A stretch of 64,000 nt of DNA from Podarcis bocagei (taxonomy: Eukaryota). Shown one piece after another: positions 51,001 to 59,752 of this stretch; the stretch's first letter is position 1, and each line of letters begins with the position of its first letter. Below the pieces are notes generated by a model that saw nothing but the letters and a program-made list of their open reading frames with translations, was not told the origin of the DNA and searched no databases. The DNA lies in the NCBI GenBank assembly GCA_964188305.1, contig OZ076885.1; one strand, written 5' to 3'. The position numbers and the translations under genes are program-made.

Positions 51001-54000
51001 AGGAAAGGGAGGGAGGGAGAGACAGAGAGACAGAGACAGAAAGAAGCTCATTTTTCTGGCAGCCTGCAGCTCTCCATAGGAGCCTTTACCCCACAGCTAA
51101 GAAAACCACAGGGAGAGTTGTGAGTGACGCTTGACAGATCAGTGTGGCAGCAAATCGACTGGCAGGTTGAAGAAAGGCCAACAACACAGCCATGCCAGGT
51201 GAACGGAAGTCAAACAAAAAAATTGGGCCTTTGAGAGCCCTGCTCCTTTTGGGGAGAGGACCTGAAGTGCTGGTGCGTGTGTGAGATTTATTTTATTTTT
51301 ATTTGAGCAGAATAATAGCTGGAAGGGAATGTGTCAAGCTGCTCCCACAACCGTACCTCCTCAAAGTCTGCTTTCGGTTAAAAAGAGAGAATGTTGGGGG
51401 CAGGAGGGGATCCATGTACAGCGTTGCATGTCCATCTCCATGGGAAATCGAGTCAGCCCATAATAGCAAGATTCGCGTGGAGAGACAGAGAGAACCTTCC
51501 GCTATGTACTAGTAGCGCAGGGAAGGGGTGGCAGCAGCGTGGGAAGGGAAGACGCTCAGGCTAGTCATACAGAGAAGCAAAAGGATGCCCACCAAATTCT
51601 GCTAGAATAGGATGAGCCCCGCAAAGGAAGAAAGCAGCAACAGCAGGATGAAGAGGAGGCATGGAGACAGCCAGGAGGGCAGGCTGGGAGGGGGTGTGGG
51701 ATGAAACGCAGCTCGGGAAGAGAAAAGCATGAGGCAGCACAATTTCCTACCGTAACTTTGCTTTCTGCAGGAGCGGAAAACTTCGCTTCCATAGGGGCAG
51801 CAAGAAAGAGAGACACACGTCAACAAAGCGTTACCGCCCAAATCAGCCCAGGCCCTCAAATATTCCAACATGTGATGGAAGAGGGGATTTATAGCCTCTG
51901 GCCCATGAAACCCATTGAAATTTGGGAGAATGCATGTGCAGGGAAAGTGGACAAGAAGGCAAGGCATACGGACATAACCTAAATGGTAGAAGGTTCCGCT
52001 CGCCATTGAAACTCATAAGGACCTGCCTGGGGAGTGAAATCTAGCAGGAAACTAAATTAAAAACTTGGGCTGGGGTGGGTGGGGTTGCAACAGCCATTTC
52101 TTGAATAATCCCCACGTGTTTCAAGACCCGGGTTCAAAACGCCCAGCCCCAGTAGTATCTTCTCCACTCCCCCTCCACTCATTCCCTTTCCCCCAAGCTG
52201 CAGCCTCCACCTATAAGTCACAGCAACTGAAGTGCCAGCTGATCAAAGGAAACCTTGCTGGGTGGCAACAAAAGCCCCCTATTATGTGACTATATAGAGC
52301 TTAACTTGCAGGATCAGATCAAGATCCACCTACTCCAGCATTTACGGTTTCCAAATGGTAGCTAACCACAAATCCCCCCCTCCTTCCACCACCCACCCCC
52401 AGCAAACTCACAATCAGGACATTAACCTGAGGGCCAACCTCTGTATTTTGTCCCTAGCATCTGGTAATAAAAGATACACTGCCTCTGAACAAGCACGTTT
52501 TATATTTAGTTATTATAGTTAATGGCAACAGATAGGCCTACCCTCTCTGAATTTACTGAATGCATCTTAAAGCCACCTAAGTTACGGACCAGCACTATGT
52601 ACCATCCTAGGGAATTCTATATGGACATCATCTTGCCTGTCCTAAATATATTACCAATGGGTGGCATCAAGTTTCTAGCTTCAGAACAATGCAGGTGATT
52701 AAACCAACTTCAAACTATGGTTTAATATCCTGACTTGTTCCAAAGCTGGTAATCATTGTTTCCTGGTTTGGACAAAATAGGAAACAATGCTTTAAGTAGC
52801 GAGCTTGTTTGCTCAAACATAAAGGGAGGAGTCAAGAGGCTGCGTGTGTGAGCAAGAGATAGGATTCAGCTGAGACAGGGTAATCCAAATGTCATAAATG
52901 TCATAAATGTGATTCTGTACAAAGCAATTCAAACTGTCTGAAATATCTGTCTTTTGGTCCTTCTTTATATAAAACACACACAACATGCCACCGTATCACA
53001 GTGTACAGCTTCCCTTTGGATCCCCCCCTTTTGGCAATGTTGCCTCCTTATTCTGAAAAGGGCAGGGCTTCTATCCCTTGTATAGATCTGAGACAGGTCA
53101 ACTTTGCGAAGGTGTAGTTTCTCCCATCATTGCAACCTTGTAGGAGAAACTATACATGTAAAATGTCACTTGTTAACGGAACAGGAACCTTTGCCTTTGT
53201 AGAATATGTACGGCTCCCAAGGTCTACAAACTGAGCTCTAACTTCTATCAGCTAAGCTCCTCGCACCCCAGCAATCTACCTCCCAAAGTGGGTGCAGGAA
53301 GAGATTGCTATGGACAGGTGTAGGGAATCTTTGGCCCGCCAGATGCAGCTGAATTCAACTCCCATCAGCCCTAAGCCATTGATAACAGGAGCTGTACTTC
53401 AGCACGTCTGTAGGGCCAAAGGTTCCCCACACCTGGGATAGGCTAGTCATACCCCCCTCAACCCCAGCTAGAGCCTTTTTCTATTTGCCTGTTGTGTTCC
53501 CTCCTCCCCCACCAGCCCTCAACATATCAGGAAAGCCTCAGGCAGGAAGGGGCAGAAGTAATACAACGCACCATGCGTGAAGCGCCCAAAACGCCGCGAG
53601 TGGCCACCTTTCTGCAAAGGAAAAAGAAAAGGAAAAAGCATTACCTCCGATTGAGATGGAGAGAGGGAGATAGTGGAAATATGGTGATGGGGCAGTGCTC
53701 ACGGGATATAGTCATCAGTCACCACAGAGACCAGAACCCCAGCAGGAGACCAGGGGAAAGGCTTCAGGGGAAAGGCCTTCCGCCTACTTCTGAACTTGCT
53801 ACCAGGGCAAAAAGTGTATCAGCCCCCTACTGTACCATCTACACCAAGCCTTGCAAGGCATGGGATCCACCAGAACCAAGCACAATGGTCACATCCACAT
53901 CATACAATTAGTGTGCATGGCTCCTGGGAACTGTAATTTGATCAGGGTACTGGGAACTGTAGCACTTGAGAGGTAGACTGCAGATTTCAGGAGTCTCTGG

Positions 54001-56892
54001 AGGAAGCAATATACATTAAACATATGACGTGGGTGCGACCCAAGGTCATGTGCTGCCGGCTCCACCAAAATTCGGGAAAAGTCAGAAGCACAGGAGCCTG
54101 AGTGCTTGTGGTGATCCAGGCAGATCAGAAGAAAGAAGAGGCTGGGAGGAAATCCTCAGAGAGATTGCCCCCAACCCAAAGATAAGCGTTCCACTGTTTA
54201 AATTCTCATCTTGCTGCCCTCTGGTGAGCCCTGAGCAGCTGGGAGTCTGCAGCATTTGGTGAGTCCCCTCAGAAGAGGCACATCTTGTGCATTTCATCAC
54301 AGATGAAGATCCAGTCCAGTTGCCCCAAATGCGCAGGCACACGCAGGCATAGCAACCTAACAGTAACAGGCTGAAGTGCTGCCACTGGCAATGGCTTTCC
54401 CCTCTGCTCACTCTCTCGTCTCCATCATGCTCTTCTATGTGTTTCCGAGCAGCAATCAAGACTTACGGGATCCACGTGGGAAATCATTCCTGGCACATGC
54501 ATCCAGCTACAACTGGATTCCTAGGTGACAGGTTGCCCAAGAACAGGCCAATCATACCGTCCATCAGGGAAGGACGGCTCTCTGAATTCAGGACCAGTGA
54601 AACAGATGCACATGTGTATGTGTGTAAGCTGATACGTGTGCACACACACAGAGAGAGCATCTGATGCACAATGTCGCCCACTCCTCACTCCCAGATTTCC
54701 TGCTGTCCCATCTCCCAGAAAATTTGCTCTTCCAGCTAGATTTCCACAATGCTAATAGTGAGGTGAAACACCTTGTGCAGCAATAAATGGAGGTGACAGG
54801 ATCATTCTGTGATAAGTAAGAGATGTGGTGATGCAGGGTGCTGGCACAAGAGAGAGGGCAGTGGCGTAGCGTGGGTTGTCAGCACCCGGGGCAAGGCAAG
54901 TAATTTGCGCCCCCTAACCCGTGGATTTGCGCCCCCTAACCCGTGGATTTGCCCTAACCCCAGATGTTGCGCCCGATGCGGCCGGCCCCCCCTGCACCCC
55001 CCACGCTACGCCACTGAGAGAGGGTGATGTACACACCCACCCCACCCAGTTTGGCCTTTTCTCTTTTGTACTGGACATCATTGAGGTGGGAGGTATCAGA
55101 GGCATAAACTCCAGCCAGAAGAAACAAATGCTCCCAACAACTGATCCAGGTGGATTTGTATTCCAGCCAAGCCAGCTTGCCCAAACAAGACTGGCGCTGG
55201 CGGGCAGCCCATGTGCCAGGCCAGAAAGATGTATGAATAGATTAGCTATGCTGTTGGTGGATAATTCCCCCATTAAGAAAACGGAAATGCAATAAAACAG
55301 CAGTAATGGATACCTGGCTGGCATCCCCCCTGTCGGGCACATGGCAATGGGCAAGCCCTGGCTCCAGGATCACATACCCAGCAGCTTCCTACTGTGGCAC
55401 GTTGGGCAAAGAGGCATCTAGGCAGGCAAAGTGCATCCCTGCTCCATGGCCAATAGCACAAGAAGCCCAAAATTTAAGGTGGCCACCTTGCTGGACATCC
55501 TGCTCAATATGAGTTGCACTAGGATGGTAGGAAAAAGGGGAAATGGCATTTGGACAAAGAGGTAAGTACCAAGTAAGAAAGGTGTTGCAGCTGGAGGCTG
55601 GCAGGAGGCAAATCCCTTCTTAGCAATGGGGATTTGTTGCCTTGGCAATGAATGGGGATACAATAGCCCTGACTATGGTGTACGGCCTAACCGGACTCCA
55701 GCCTTCTTTACCAGGCAGGGTCCTTCTTTCTCTGCCGCTCTCCATTCTTAACTGCATATAGGAGGAGAGGGAGAGATGTTTTGGATGGCTGTATGCTCCC
55801 CACTCCACCATGTGTGTCAGTCTGTTTCCTGCCTGCCTGGCTTGGGATGCAACAGCTCTCTGCTCTGCAGAAGTGAGAGACTGGCATCCCTGTCCTCAGG
55901 TCTAGAAAGCTCATCTCCCCTCAGGCTGCCAAGACCGCAGGCCTCTGTAGAAACAGAGGAGGAGAGCCTTGAGCCATCTGATCAAAGATCAAGCATCCTG
56001 TTTCCAAGGATGCCCAGACAGATGCTTCTGGACAGATACCAAGCAGGAACGATGACAACCCCCGCCCCCGCCCCCCCCTTATTTCATCTGGTGCCCTTGC
56101 TTCCCAGTCCCTCCCCTGCAGAGAGGGAAGCTGGTGGGACATCCTGGCTGGAAGATCAGCGCTGGAGGGGTAGGGTGGGATGGGGTGGGAAAGTGGTGGG
56201 GTACGTTATTACTGGAGCAGGCAGTGGTGGGGTGATGACATGCCCTAGCTATGCCTGCTGTGAATGATTCCCTTCCCCCTATTAGTTGAACCGGGGAGCC
56301 TCCCCCCCCCTTTCTATCATCCCTGCTTGGAGGCCCCCGAGTGACGTCCAGGCCACGAGGAGCTGCGCTCCTGCCAGGTGCTGACGCGCAGTGCCAGATC
56401 ATGACGCAGAGGCGCTCAGCCTCCGTGGCCACCGGGCTTGGGGATGGAGAGTAAAAAGAGCCACGACCCCCCAGGATCCATCGCCTCAGGCATCTTAGGG
56501 GAAGAAGAGGCACGGCTCTTCTAATCGCCCCCCATCCCATCCCGGGCATTTCTTAAAAGCCCCAGACAGCACCTTGCTCATCATCACCTCGAGCCCAGGG
56601 GCTTGGAAGGTGAGCGCAGAGGACCACCGATCTACAACCACCACCCTGGCGTGGCCAACCCCACCCCGGCAACAAGGTGGCACACATCCCGAGACCAGCG
56701 GCGGGGAATCCTACTCCGGGAAAGCCGGGTGGGGCTCCGCGAGGGGTGCGCGTCCTCAGTTTCCCCTCCGGCGCCCACAACGCCCTGATGATGCTGCTGG
56801 GCACCCCGCCTGGGCACCCCGCCCCTCCCCTCCCCCCGTCCCACGCCCGGACCCGTTACCTGGAGACGCTTCTTCACCCAGATCTTCTTCAT
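1..56892 (-). CDS. SPEG: SPEG, spliced multi-exon gene, 3'-partial (31 coding exons in window, listed individually below)
   Basis: Exons translate to SPEG-specific peptides ([73 protein letters not shown], kinase HLDIKPEN/DFG) in the expected order; every junction has splice signals and compatible phases. Confidence 0.98.
714..782 (-). CDS. SPEG: Exon [23 protein letters not shown] (regulatory-tail-like)
   Basis: 69 nt, AG/GTAAAA boundaries. Confidence 0.96.
1077..1119 (-). CDS. SPEG: Kinase-1 end exon [14 protein letters not shown]
   Basis: 43 nt, AG/GTAAGT boundaries. Confidence 0.96.
2337..2489 (-). CDS. SPEG: Kinase-1 exon [13 protein letters not shown]...VLVNDR
   Basis: 153 nt, AG/GTAAGT boundaries. 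Confidence 0.97.
2844..2870 (-). CDS. SPEG: 27-nt kinase micro-exon PVGVITYL
   Basis: ttttttacag| and |GTAAGC; required to join TDVW to CLTGISPF (human PVGVVAFL, recalled). Confidence 0.95.
4083..4255 (-). CDS. SPEG: Kinase-1 exon PENLL...DFG...GTPEFVGPE...TDVW
   Basis: 173 nt, AG/GTAAAC boundaries. Confidence 0.97.
6788..6865 (-). CDS. SPEG: Kinase-1 catalytic-loop exon IRCYMRQV...LHLDIK
   Basis: 78 nt, AG/GTGAGT boundaries. Confidence 0.97.
7275..7335 (-). CDS. SPEG: Kinase-1 exon [21 protein letters not shown]
   Basis: 61 nt, AG/GTAAGA boundaries. Confidence 0.95.
7336..7521 (-). other. U12-type (minor spliceosome) GT-AG intron
   Basis: 5' splice site GTATCCTC; branch TTCCCTTGAC (7356-7347) ~12 nt from the 3' AG; no polypyrimidine tract. 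Confidence 0.85.
7522..7722 (-). CDS. SPEG: Kinase-1 exon RGAFSYV...FAAKF...IIIVME (Gly loop, catalytic Lys, alphaC)
   Basis: 201 nt, ends at a U12-type donor GTATCCTCT. Confidence 0.97.
8653..8746 (-). CDS. SPEG: Linker and kinase-1 start exon AVPDAD...YYDVHEEIG
   Basis: 94 nt, AG/GTGAGG boundaries. Confidence 0.95.
9999..10167 (-). CDS. SPEG: Ig exon [10 protein letters not shown]...AELVVHA
   Basis: 169 nt, DSGVYTC motif, AG/GTACGT boundaries. Confidence 0.97.
10807..10919 (-). CDS. SPEG: Ig exon [11 protein letters not shown]...DIMWYK
   Basis: 113 nt, AG/GTGAGT boundaries. Confidence 0.97.
11329..11501 (-). CDS. SPEG: Ig exon SGVVLKDS...ISLELA
   Basis: 173 nt, AG/GTATGG boundaries. Confidence 0.95.
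11826..12005 (+). mobile_element. tRNA-derived SINE (Squam3-like); further copies 9460-9630 (+), 11660-11715 (-), 59120-59292 (-)
   Basis: Head TAGTTCTGTGGTAGAGCATCTGCTTGGCATG..GTTCATTCCC with A/B-box-like motifs, followed by a shared body GTCTGACTCGGCATAAGGGAGC. Confidence 0.75.
13499..13622 (-). CDS. SPEG: Ig exon [15 protein letters not shown]...AVTWR
   Basis: 124 nt, translated by hand (absent from the ORF track), AG/GTAGGG boundaries. Confidence 0.95.
14601..14807 (-). CDS. SPEG: Fn3 exon [12 protein letters not shown]...VQLLDR
   Basis: 207 nt, AG/GTAAGG boundaries. Confidence 0.96.
15767..15871 (-). CDS. SPEG: Fn3 exon [11 protein letters not shown]...WLDSAI
   Basis: 105 nt, AG/GTAAGC boundaries. 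Confidence 0.96.
15945..16128. mobile_element. Palindromic MITE of a related family (other copies ~6500-6665, 23265-23415, 23920-24075, 53905-54025, 59320-59490)
   Basis: Self-complementary arms TTTAAAGCACATCTGAAGCA...TGCTTCAAATGTGCTTTAAA around the ctgtagtttgttaaggg...gtaaactgtag core. Confidence 0.7.
16908..17027 (-). CDS. SPEG: Ig exon YKDVHRLVF...YAHLYVT
   Basis: 120 nt, AG/GTAAGG boundaries. Confidence 0.97.
17719..17948 (-). CDS. SPEG: Exon [15 protein letters not shown]...DDRRMMQ
   Basis: 230 nt, AG/GTAGGC boundaries. Confidence 0.97.
20066..20255 (-). CDS. SPEG: Ig exon GQPVQEGE...[10 protein letters not shown]
   Basis: 190 nt, AG/GTGAGT boundaries. Confidence 0.96.
21083..21241 (-). 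CDS. SPEG: Ig exon DELTCSAKL...VVTWTRF
   Basis: 159 nt, AG/GTAATA boundaries. Confidence 0.97.
21843..21925. repeat. Compound microsatellite (CT)n(CA)n
   Basis: Directly visible. Confidence 0.98.
24798..24936 (-). mobile_element. tRNA-derived SINE with CR1-like tail (Squam2/POMSINE-like)
   Basis: Minus-strand head GCTGGATAGCTCAGTTGGTTATAGAGTGTGGTGCTGATAA; tail ending CCCTTCCAACTC. Confidence 0.7.
25540..25800 (-). CDS. SPEG: Ig exon [11 protein letters not shown]...CKLSTAK
   Basis: 261 nt, close to the human Ig exon, AG/GTAAGG boundaries. Confidence 0.98.
26825..27789 (-). other. SPEG: Putative alternative terminal exon for short isoforms (coding G-G-V-S-stop at 27789-27776, ~0.95 kb 3'UTR)
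   Basis: Acceptor gtgtttttgtctgtacag|GGGGAGTGAGCTAA; AATAAA at 26852-26847 followed by a GU-rich tract; lies where APEG-1/BPEG terminate (...RGE*, recalled). Confidence 0.65.
28885..29198. mobile_element. Palindromic MITE (PIF/Harbinger-like termini)
   Basis: Ends GCCCCATCTGCACTATACATTT...AATGTATAATGCAGATGGGC; internal AAACTACAGTTCCCAG motif. Confidence 0.7.
31709..31884 (-). CDS. SPEG: Ig exon LKNRHPIKY...CEAKLDVQ (C-terminal half of the APEG-1 Ig domain)
   Basis: 176 nt, [14 protein letters not shown] motif; donor G|GTACCT. Confidence 0.96.
32513..32601 (-). CDS. SPEG: Ig exon [30 protein letters not shown]
   Basis: 89 nt, AG/GTGAGT boundaries. Confidence 0.96.
32905..33113 (-). CDS. SPEG: Exon APAESH...SDEEYLSP...MKVQ...APSFE, containing the putative APEG-1/SPEG-alpha start Met (ATG 32985-32983)
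   Basis: 209 nt, AG/GTGAGC; the Met lies at the same place as the human MKPSPSQ start (recalled). Confidence 0.94.
35905..36450 (-). promoter_or_regulatory. Small intragenic CpG-rich region, candidate internal promoter for SPEG-alpha/APEG-1-type transcripts
   Basis: Non-coding and CpG-rich, in the intron just upstream of the exon holding the internal Met; contains ATTTGCAT and CACGTG motifs. Confidence 0.5.
36796..36978 (-). CDS. SPEG: Ig exon VSWRKDG...AILTVRP
   Basis: 183 nt, I-set W and DAGLYTV motifs, AG/GTAAGT boundaries. Confidence 0.97.
37418..37734. mobile_element. Tc1/mariner (Tigger-like) MITE
   Basis: 22-bp TIRs CAGTGGTGCC(C/T)CGCAAGACGAA with one mismatch, TA TSD at both ends, CpG-rich (young). 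Confidence 0.9.
38394..38537 (-). CDS. SPEG: Exon [20 protein letters not shown]...GNPSPE (Ig domain start; GC donor)
   Basis: 144 nt; frame is preserved only with the AG|GCAAGT donor. Confidence 0.93.
40208..41601 (-). CDS. SPEG: Large low-complexity N-terminal exon (NLPHGG...RRTSPES)
   Basis: 1394 nt within the 533-aa ORF; [35 protein letters not shown] motifs; ctgcag| acceptor and |GTATGG donor. Confidence 0.96.
41862..42147. mobile_element. Older hAT-like MITE interrupted by the 41960-42108 insertion
   Basis: Degenerate termini CTGTGCTCTTTTTTCTAG...AAACAAGCACG; internal GGTGCTGGTA/GGTCCCGGTA motifs. Confidence 0.55.
41960..42108. mobile_element. Non-autonomous hAT MITE with CCCTAA-containing tandem units
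   Basis: TIRs CAGAGGCGTAGCGTGGG...CCCACGCTACGCAACTG; perfect 8-bp TSD CGTACCCT (41952-41959 and 42109-42116). Confidence 0.9.
43704..43935 (-). mobile_element. CR1-tail SINE remnant plus an adjacent CR1 3' fragment
   Basis: CATAGAATCATAGAGTTGGAA..GTCATCTAGTCCAACCCCCTGC and TAAGAACAT..CTAGTCCAGCATTCTGTCTC, typical CR1 3' ends. Confidence 0.7.
45171..45513 (-). CDS. SPEG: Exon GESDTLV...[10 protein letters not shown]
   Basis: 343 nt, AG/GTAAGT boundaries, conserved [13 protein letters not shown] and [14 protein letters not shown] motifs. Confidence 0.97.
46666..46690. repeat. (TA)n, left flank of the Penelope insertion
   Basis: Directly visible. Confidence 0.97.
46741..46784 (-). ncRNA. Minimal type I hammerhead ribozyme (PLE-associated), sense to the SPEG pre-mRNA
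   Basis: CUGAAGA-U-[GACGAG ugagac CUCGUC]-GAAAC-GUC; predicted cleavage between 46745 and 46744. Confidence 0.75.
47932..47975 (+). ncRNA. Minimal type I hammerhead ribozyme (identical inverted copy)
   Basis: CTGAAGA 47938-47944, 6-bp stem II, GAAAC 47964-47968, GTC 47969-47971. Confidence 0.75.
48058..48087. repeat. (TA)n, right flank of the Penelope insertion
   Basis: Directly visible. Confidence 0.97.
49160..49249 (-). CDS. SPEG: Exon DSETGEDD...SSPT
   Basis: cttcag| acceptor, G|GTGAGG donor, 90 nt; similar to human DSETAEDD...FSTPT. Confidence 0.93.
53315..53435. mobile_element. Short hAT-type MITE common in squamates (other copies ~13680-13813, 39740-39865, 8455-8562, 445-520)
   Basis: TIR CAGGTGTAGGGAA...TTCCCCACACCTG; CCAGATG..AACTCCCATCA core. 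Confidence 0.7.
53572..53611 (-). CDS. SPEG: 40-nt micro-exon [13 protein letters not shown]
   Basis: Long polypyrimidine tract ending ttgcag|, donor G|GTGCGT; phase 0 in and phase 1 out links exon 56860 to exon 49249; resembles mammalian KTGHSRRAFGRLTH (recalled). Confidence 0.88.
54859..55016. mobile_element. Second copy of the same hAT MITE
   Basis: Perfect TIRs CAGTGGCGTAGCGTGGG...CCCACGCTACGCCACTG; 8-bp TSD AGAGAGGG (54851-54858 and 55017-55024). Confidence 0.92.
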
Positions 56893-57570
56893 CTCCGCCC
56901 CTCCGTCGCCTCCTAGGCGCCCTCCACCCCACCCCACCCCCCGGCGGTCAGCGCGATGCGGCGGGGCCGGGCTCGGAGCGCAGGGGCGGCCGGGGCAGAA
57001 GGAGCATCCCTCCGCGGGAAGCGGGCGCCGGCCTCTCTTCGCTCGTTGCCTCGCCTGCGCTGGCAGAGCTGCCAGCCAGCCCGGAGCCTCGCCCGCCGCC
57101 CGCCCGCCCGAGACAATGACAGCGCAGGCGGGGAGGTGGGGGGGGGCGGGAGGAAGGAGGGGCCGGAGGGAGGGAGGGGTTGGAGGGAGGAGCTGGGGGG
57201 GAATGAGAGGGGGTGGCCCCCCACCCCGCAGAGGAGCTGCCTCCCCTCTAAGCCTGGCGGGGTGGAGAGCTTACCCCTCCCAGAGCCACCCTCGACAGCG
57301 CCCATCAATCCACGGTTGCCATGGAGGGCTTGGAGGTAGGCGAGGGTTTCTGCCCATCTTGGAAGATGGCGAGGTGGCCTCGTGGGAAGGATCGAGGCAG
57401 GGACGGGCGAAAGGACGCCGCGGTGCAAAGCCAAGGCTCGGCATCGGGACGTGGGTCCCGTCTAGTGGGCATCGGCACTGCCCCGGTGCTTCCCGGCTGC
57501 ATCCCAAGAGCGCCCTGAGGAAAGCCCCTTGCAGAGGGAGGCGTCTCTCGACAGGAGTTTCCCACGGTAC
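56300..57570 (-). promoter_or_regulatory. CpG-island promoter of the alternative first exon, with GC boxes and a G-run cluster
   Basis: High GC and CpG density, several GGGCGG boxes, G-tracts at 57130-57215, contains the ATG exon. Confidence 0.8.
56860..56892 (-). CDS. SPEG: Alternative first coding exon [11 protein letters not shown] (BPEG/neural-type N-terminus)
   Basis: ATG at 56892-56890 with G at -3, 33 nt, donor CAG|GTAACG, inside a CpG island; resembles the mammalian alternative N-terminus MKKLWVKKRFQ (recalled). Confidence 0.88.
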
Positions 57571-59663
57571 CTAAAGAGAACCTCCACGTTCAAAGGCAGC
57601 ATACCCCCAGTGAGGAAGTGGGGGGCGGGCGGGCGAGGGACAGGTAACAAGGAAAGGCTGTTGCCTTGTTCCTGCCCTGCTTGAGAGCTTCCCACAGACA
57701 TCCAGATAACCAGTGTTAAAAGCAGGATGCTGGACCAGATGCAGTTTTCCTCGGTTCTACAAGGCAGTCCTTGTTTCCTCCTGTCTGAAGTTGTGAGGCT
57801 CAACATCCCCTCTCTCCCTTCCCCATCCATGGATAAAATCTGCCAGTACACAGCGTGACATTCACATGCAAACACACTGCACTTCCCACTACCCTGAGCA
57901 GGACTACGCTTCCCCATTTTGTGGGTGGGTGTAGTAAGAGTTTTGCTCTAGGTGCAGCACAGAACAACACAGAAGAAGCAAAACTCCTGCTCAATTTAGG
58001 TTAAGTGGGAAAGACCAGGAAGGTGTGTTTGTGTGCAATGCGCGTGCGCACACACACACAATACTTATGGGTAGAAGGGCTAAAGCAGGTTGCGGGCAAG
58101 GGCTGCATTCCCTTGGTGGAGGGGTCATCAGTTGGAGCCCTCATGAGCCAGAGACAAAGGTGTTTGGGATTATCTACTCCAGAATCAAGAAAACACCCTT
58201 TTCAATTTTCACAATGGCTACCTCAAATTAAAATGCCCAATCCTGTGCAGGTTTGTGCAGAAGTAAACCCCACAAGGTTTGATACATAGAACAGAAGACT
58301 ACAAATTTGTTCTTTGACATCTGGAAGGGGTAAGAGAAACCTTCTTTCCTCCAAGGTATGCAACAAGGGGAGAAAGCAAGTACATTTATCAAATAAAATA
58401 CTGACCCTTTAACAATCCAGGAAAGATAAGAAGGAAACGAATAGGAAGATTGCATCTGTGATGGAGTGGAAGAGTGACAGTTTCAGGAGACATGGGGTGG
58501 GGAGCACATAAAATGGGGCTGGGGGCTGTACACAGCCCCTTGCCTTTAGTTTGCCATTGTGTGGGTTAGAGGCTAACTATCAGATGGCAGCTAATATAAG
58601 GCTACCAGCTTCACAAACAATGCCTCCTCTCACTGCCTCTTGCCCAAAATTTCCACACCTTGAATCTCCACTTTCAGTCAATTGTACTCCTCATATCTAC
58701 CAAACCATTCATTCCTAGCAATCCCTCCAAACAGAAATGGTAAACCAAACATAGCTGACCAAGATTCCACCATAGAGGGTACTTCGTGCAACCTCTTTGG
58801 GGGCCCAGCAGAACCACACAGAACTCTGACGACACTCCTGGCCCTCTTTCCAGCGATAGGCTTTACCAACACAGCCGCTCAGCTCAAGCAGTGCAAAGAA
58901 GGTCAAATCAGGACACTCTAACTCCAGCATAAGATGCATAAACTTAGGGAGAAATGGGAGCACTTCAGGATTGTTACAGAAGGATCACCATGCTGACTCA
59001 GACTACTTCATGCTGGTTCACCTTGGTCAGCATTTTGCCTTGTGCAATGACAGACTCCAGATGAGAAGTTTATAAGCTTACAAGCAGTACAGAATGGCAA
59101 TACCCAACCTGTGAGCTCCCCTGAATGAGGAGATTGAATCTCTGGTTGTCATGCCTTGTGCTGAATCAGACCATTCGTCAATTGCTTGCATGGGCTAACA
59201 GTCGCTCTCCAAGGTTTCTTTCCTAGCTCTCCCTGGAGATGCTGAACCTGTGATCTGTCTGTGCAAGGCATGGATCACTGAGCTATGGCTCATCCCAAAG
59301 TGGTTAGACAATCAATCCTTCTTCCCATGGAAATCTGGGGATTGTGGGAGTGTGTGTGTATGGGGGGTGTCCCTTAACACTCAGCACTCTTAAAAGATTA
59401 CAGTTCATAGGATTCTTTGGGGGGGGGGGAAACCATAGATGTTTGCAGTGTTATATTAGTGCTTTTAAATGAATGGTGTGAATGTGGCCAGTGTGTCCAC
59501 TCTAGCTTATCTAACAACTATTAACTCTCTTATAAGTACTGTATACTCAAGTGTCACCTTCATCTCATTCTCCCTCGGTTGTCCCTCTAGCCTACCAACC
59601 AACTTACTTTTCCCTCAAATGACTCTCTCTCTTTGTCTCAACATTTCAAAAACAGCAAAGATT

Positions 59664-59752
59664 CCTGCATCTGACGAAGTGGACAATAGTCTACAAGAAG
59701 CCTACAAAAGTTACCGTAGTCTTTAAGATGCCTCAAGACTCTTTGTTGTTTG
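59664..59752 (+). mobile_element. Old Penelope/Neptune-like 3' remnant with a decayed hammerhead
   Basis: GCATCTGACGAAGTGGACaataGTCTAC..., then TAGTCTTTAAGATGCCTCAAGACTC; related remnant at 63885-63940. Confidence 0.55.

Noticed and set aside
57280-57303. REST/NRSE-like element (…GACAGCGCC)
   Set aside because: Only the right half-site matches.
56079-57574. 100-180 aa Pro/Arg/Gly-rich ORFs
   Set aside because: Expected from stop-codon scarcity in a CpG island; only the 33-nt exon is supported.
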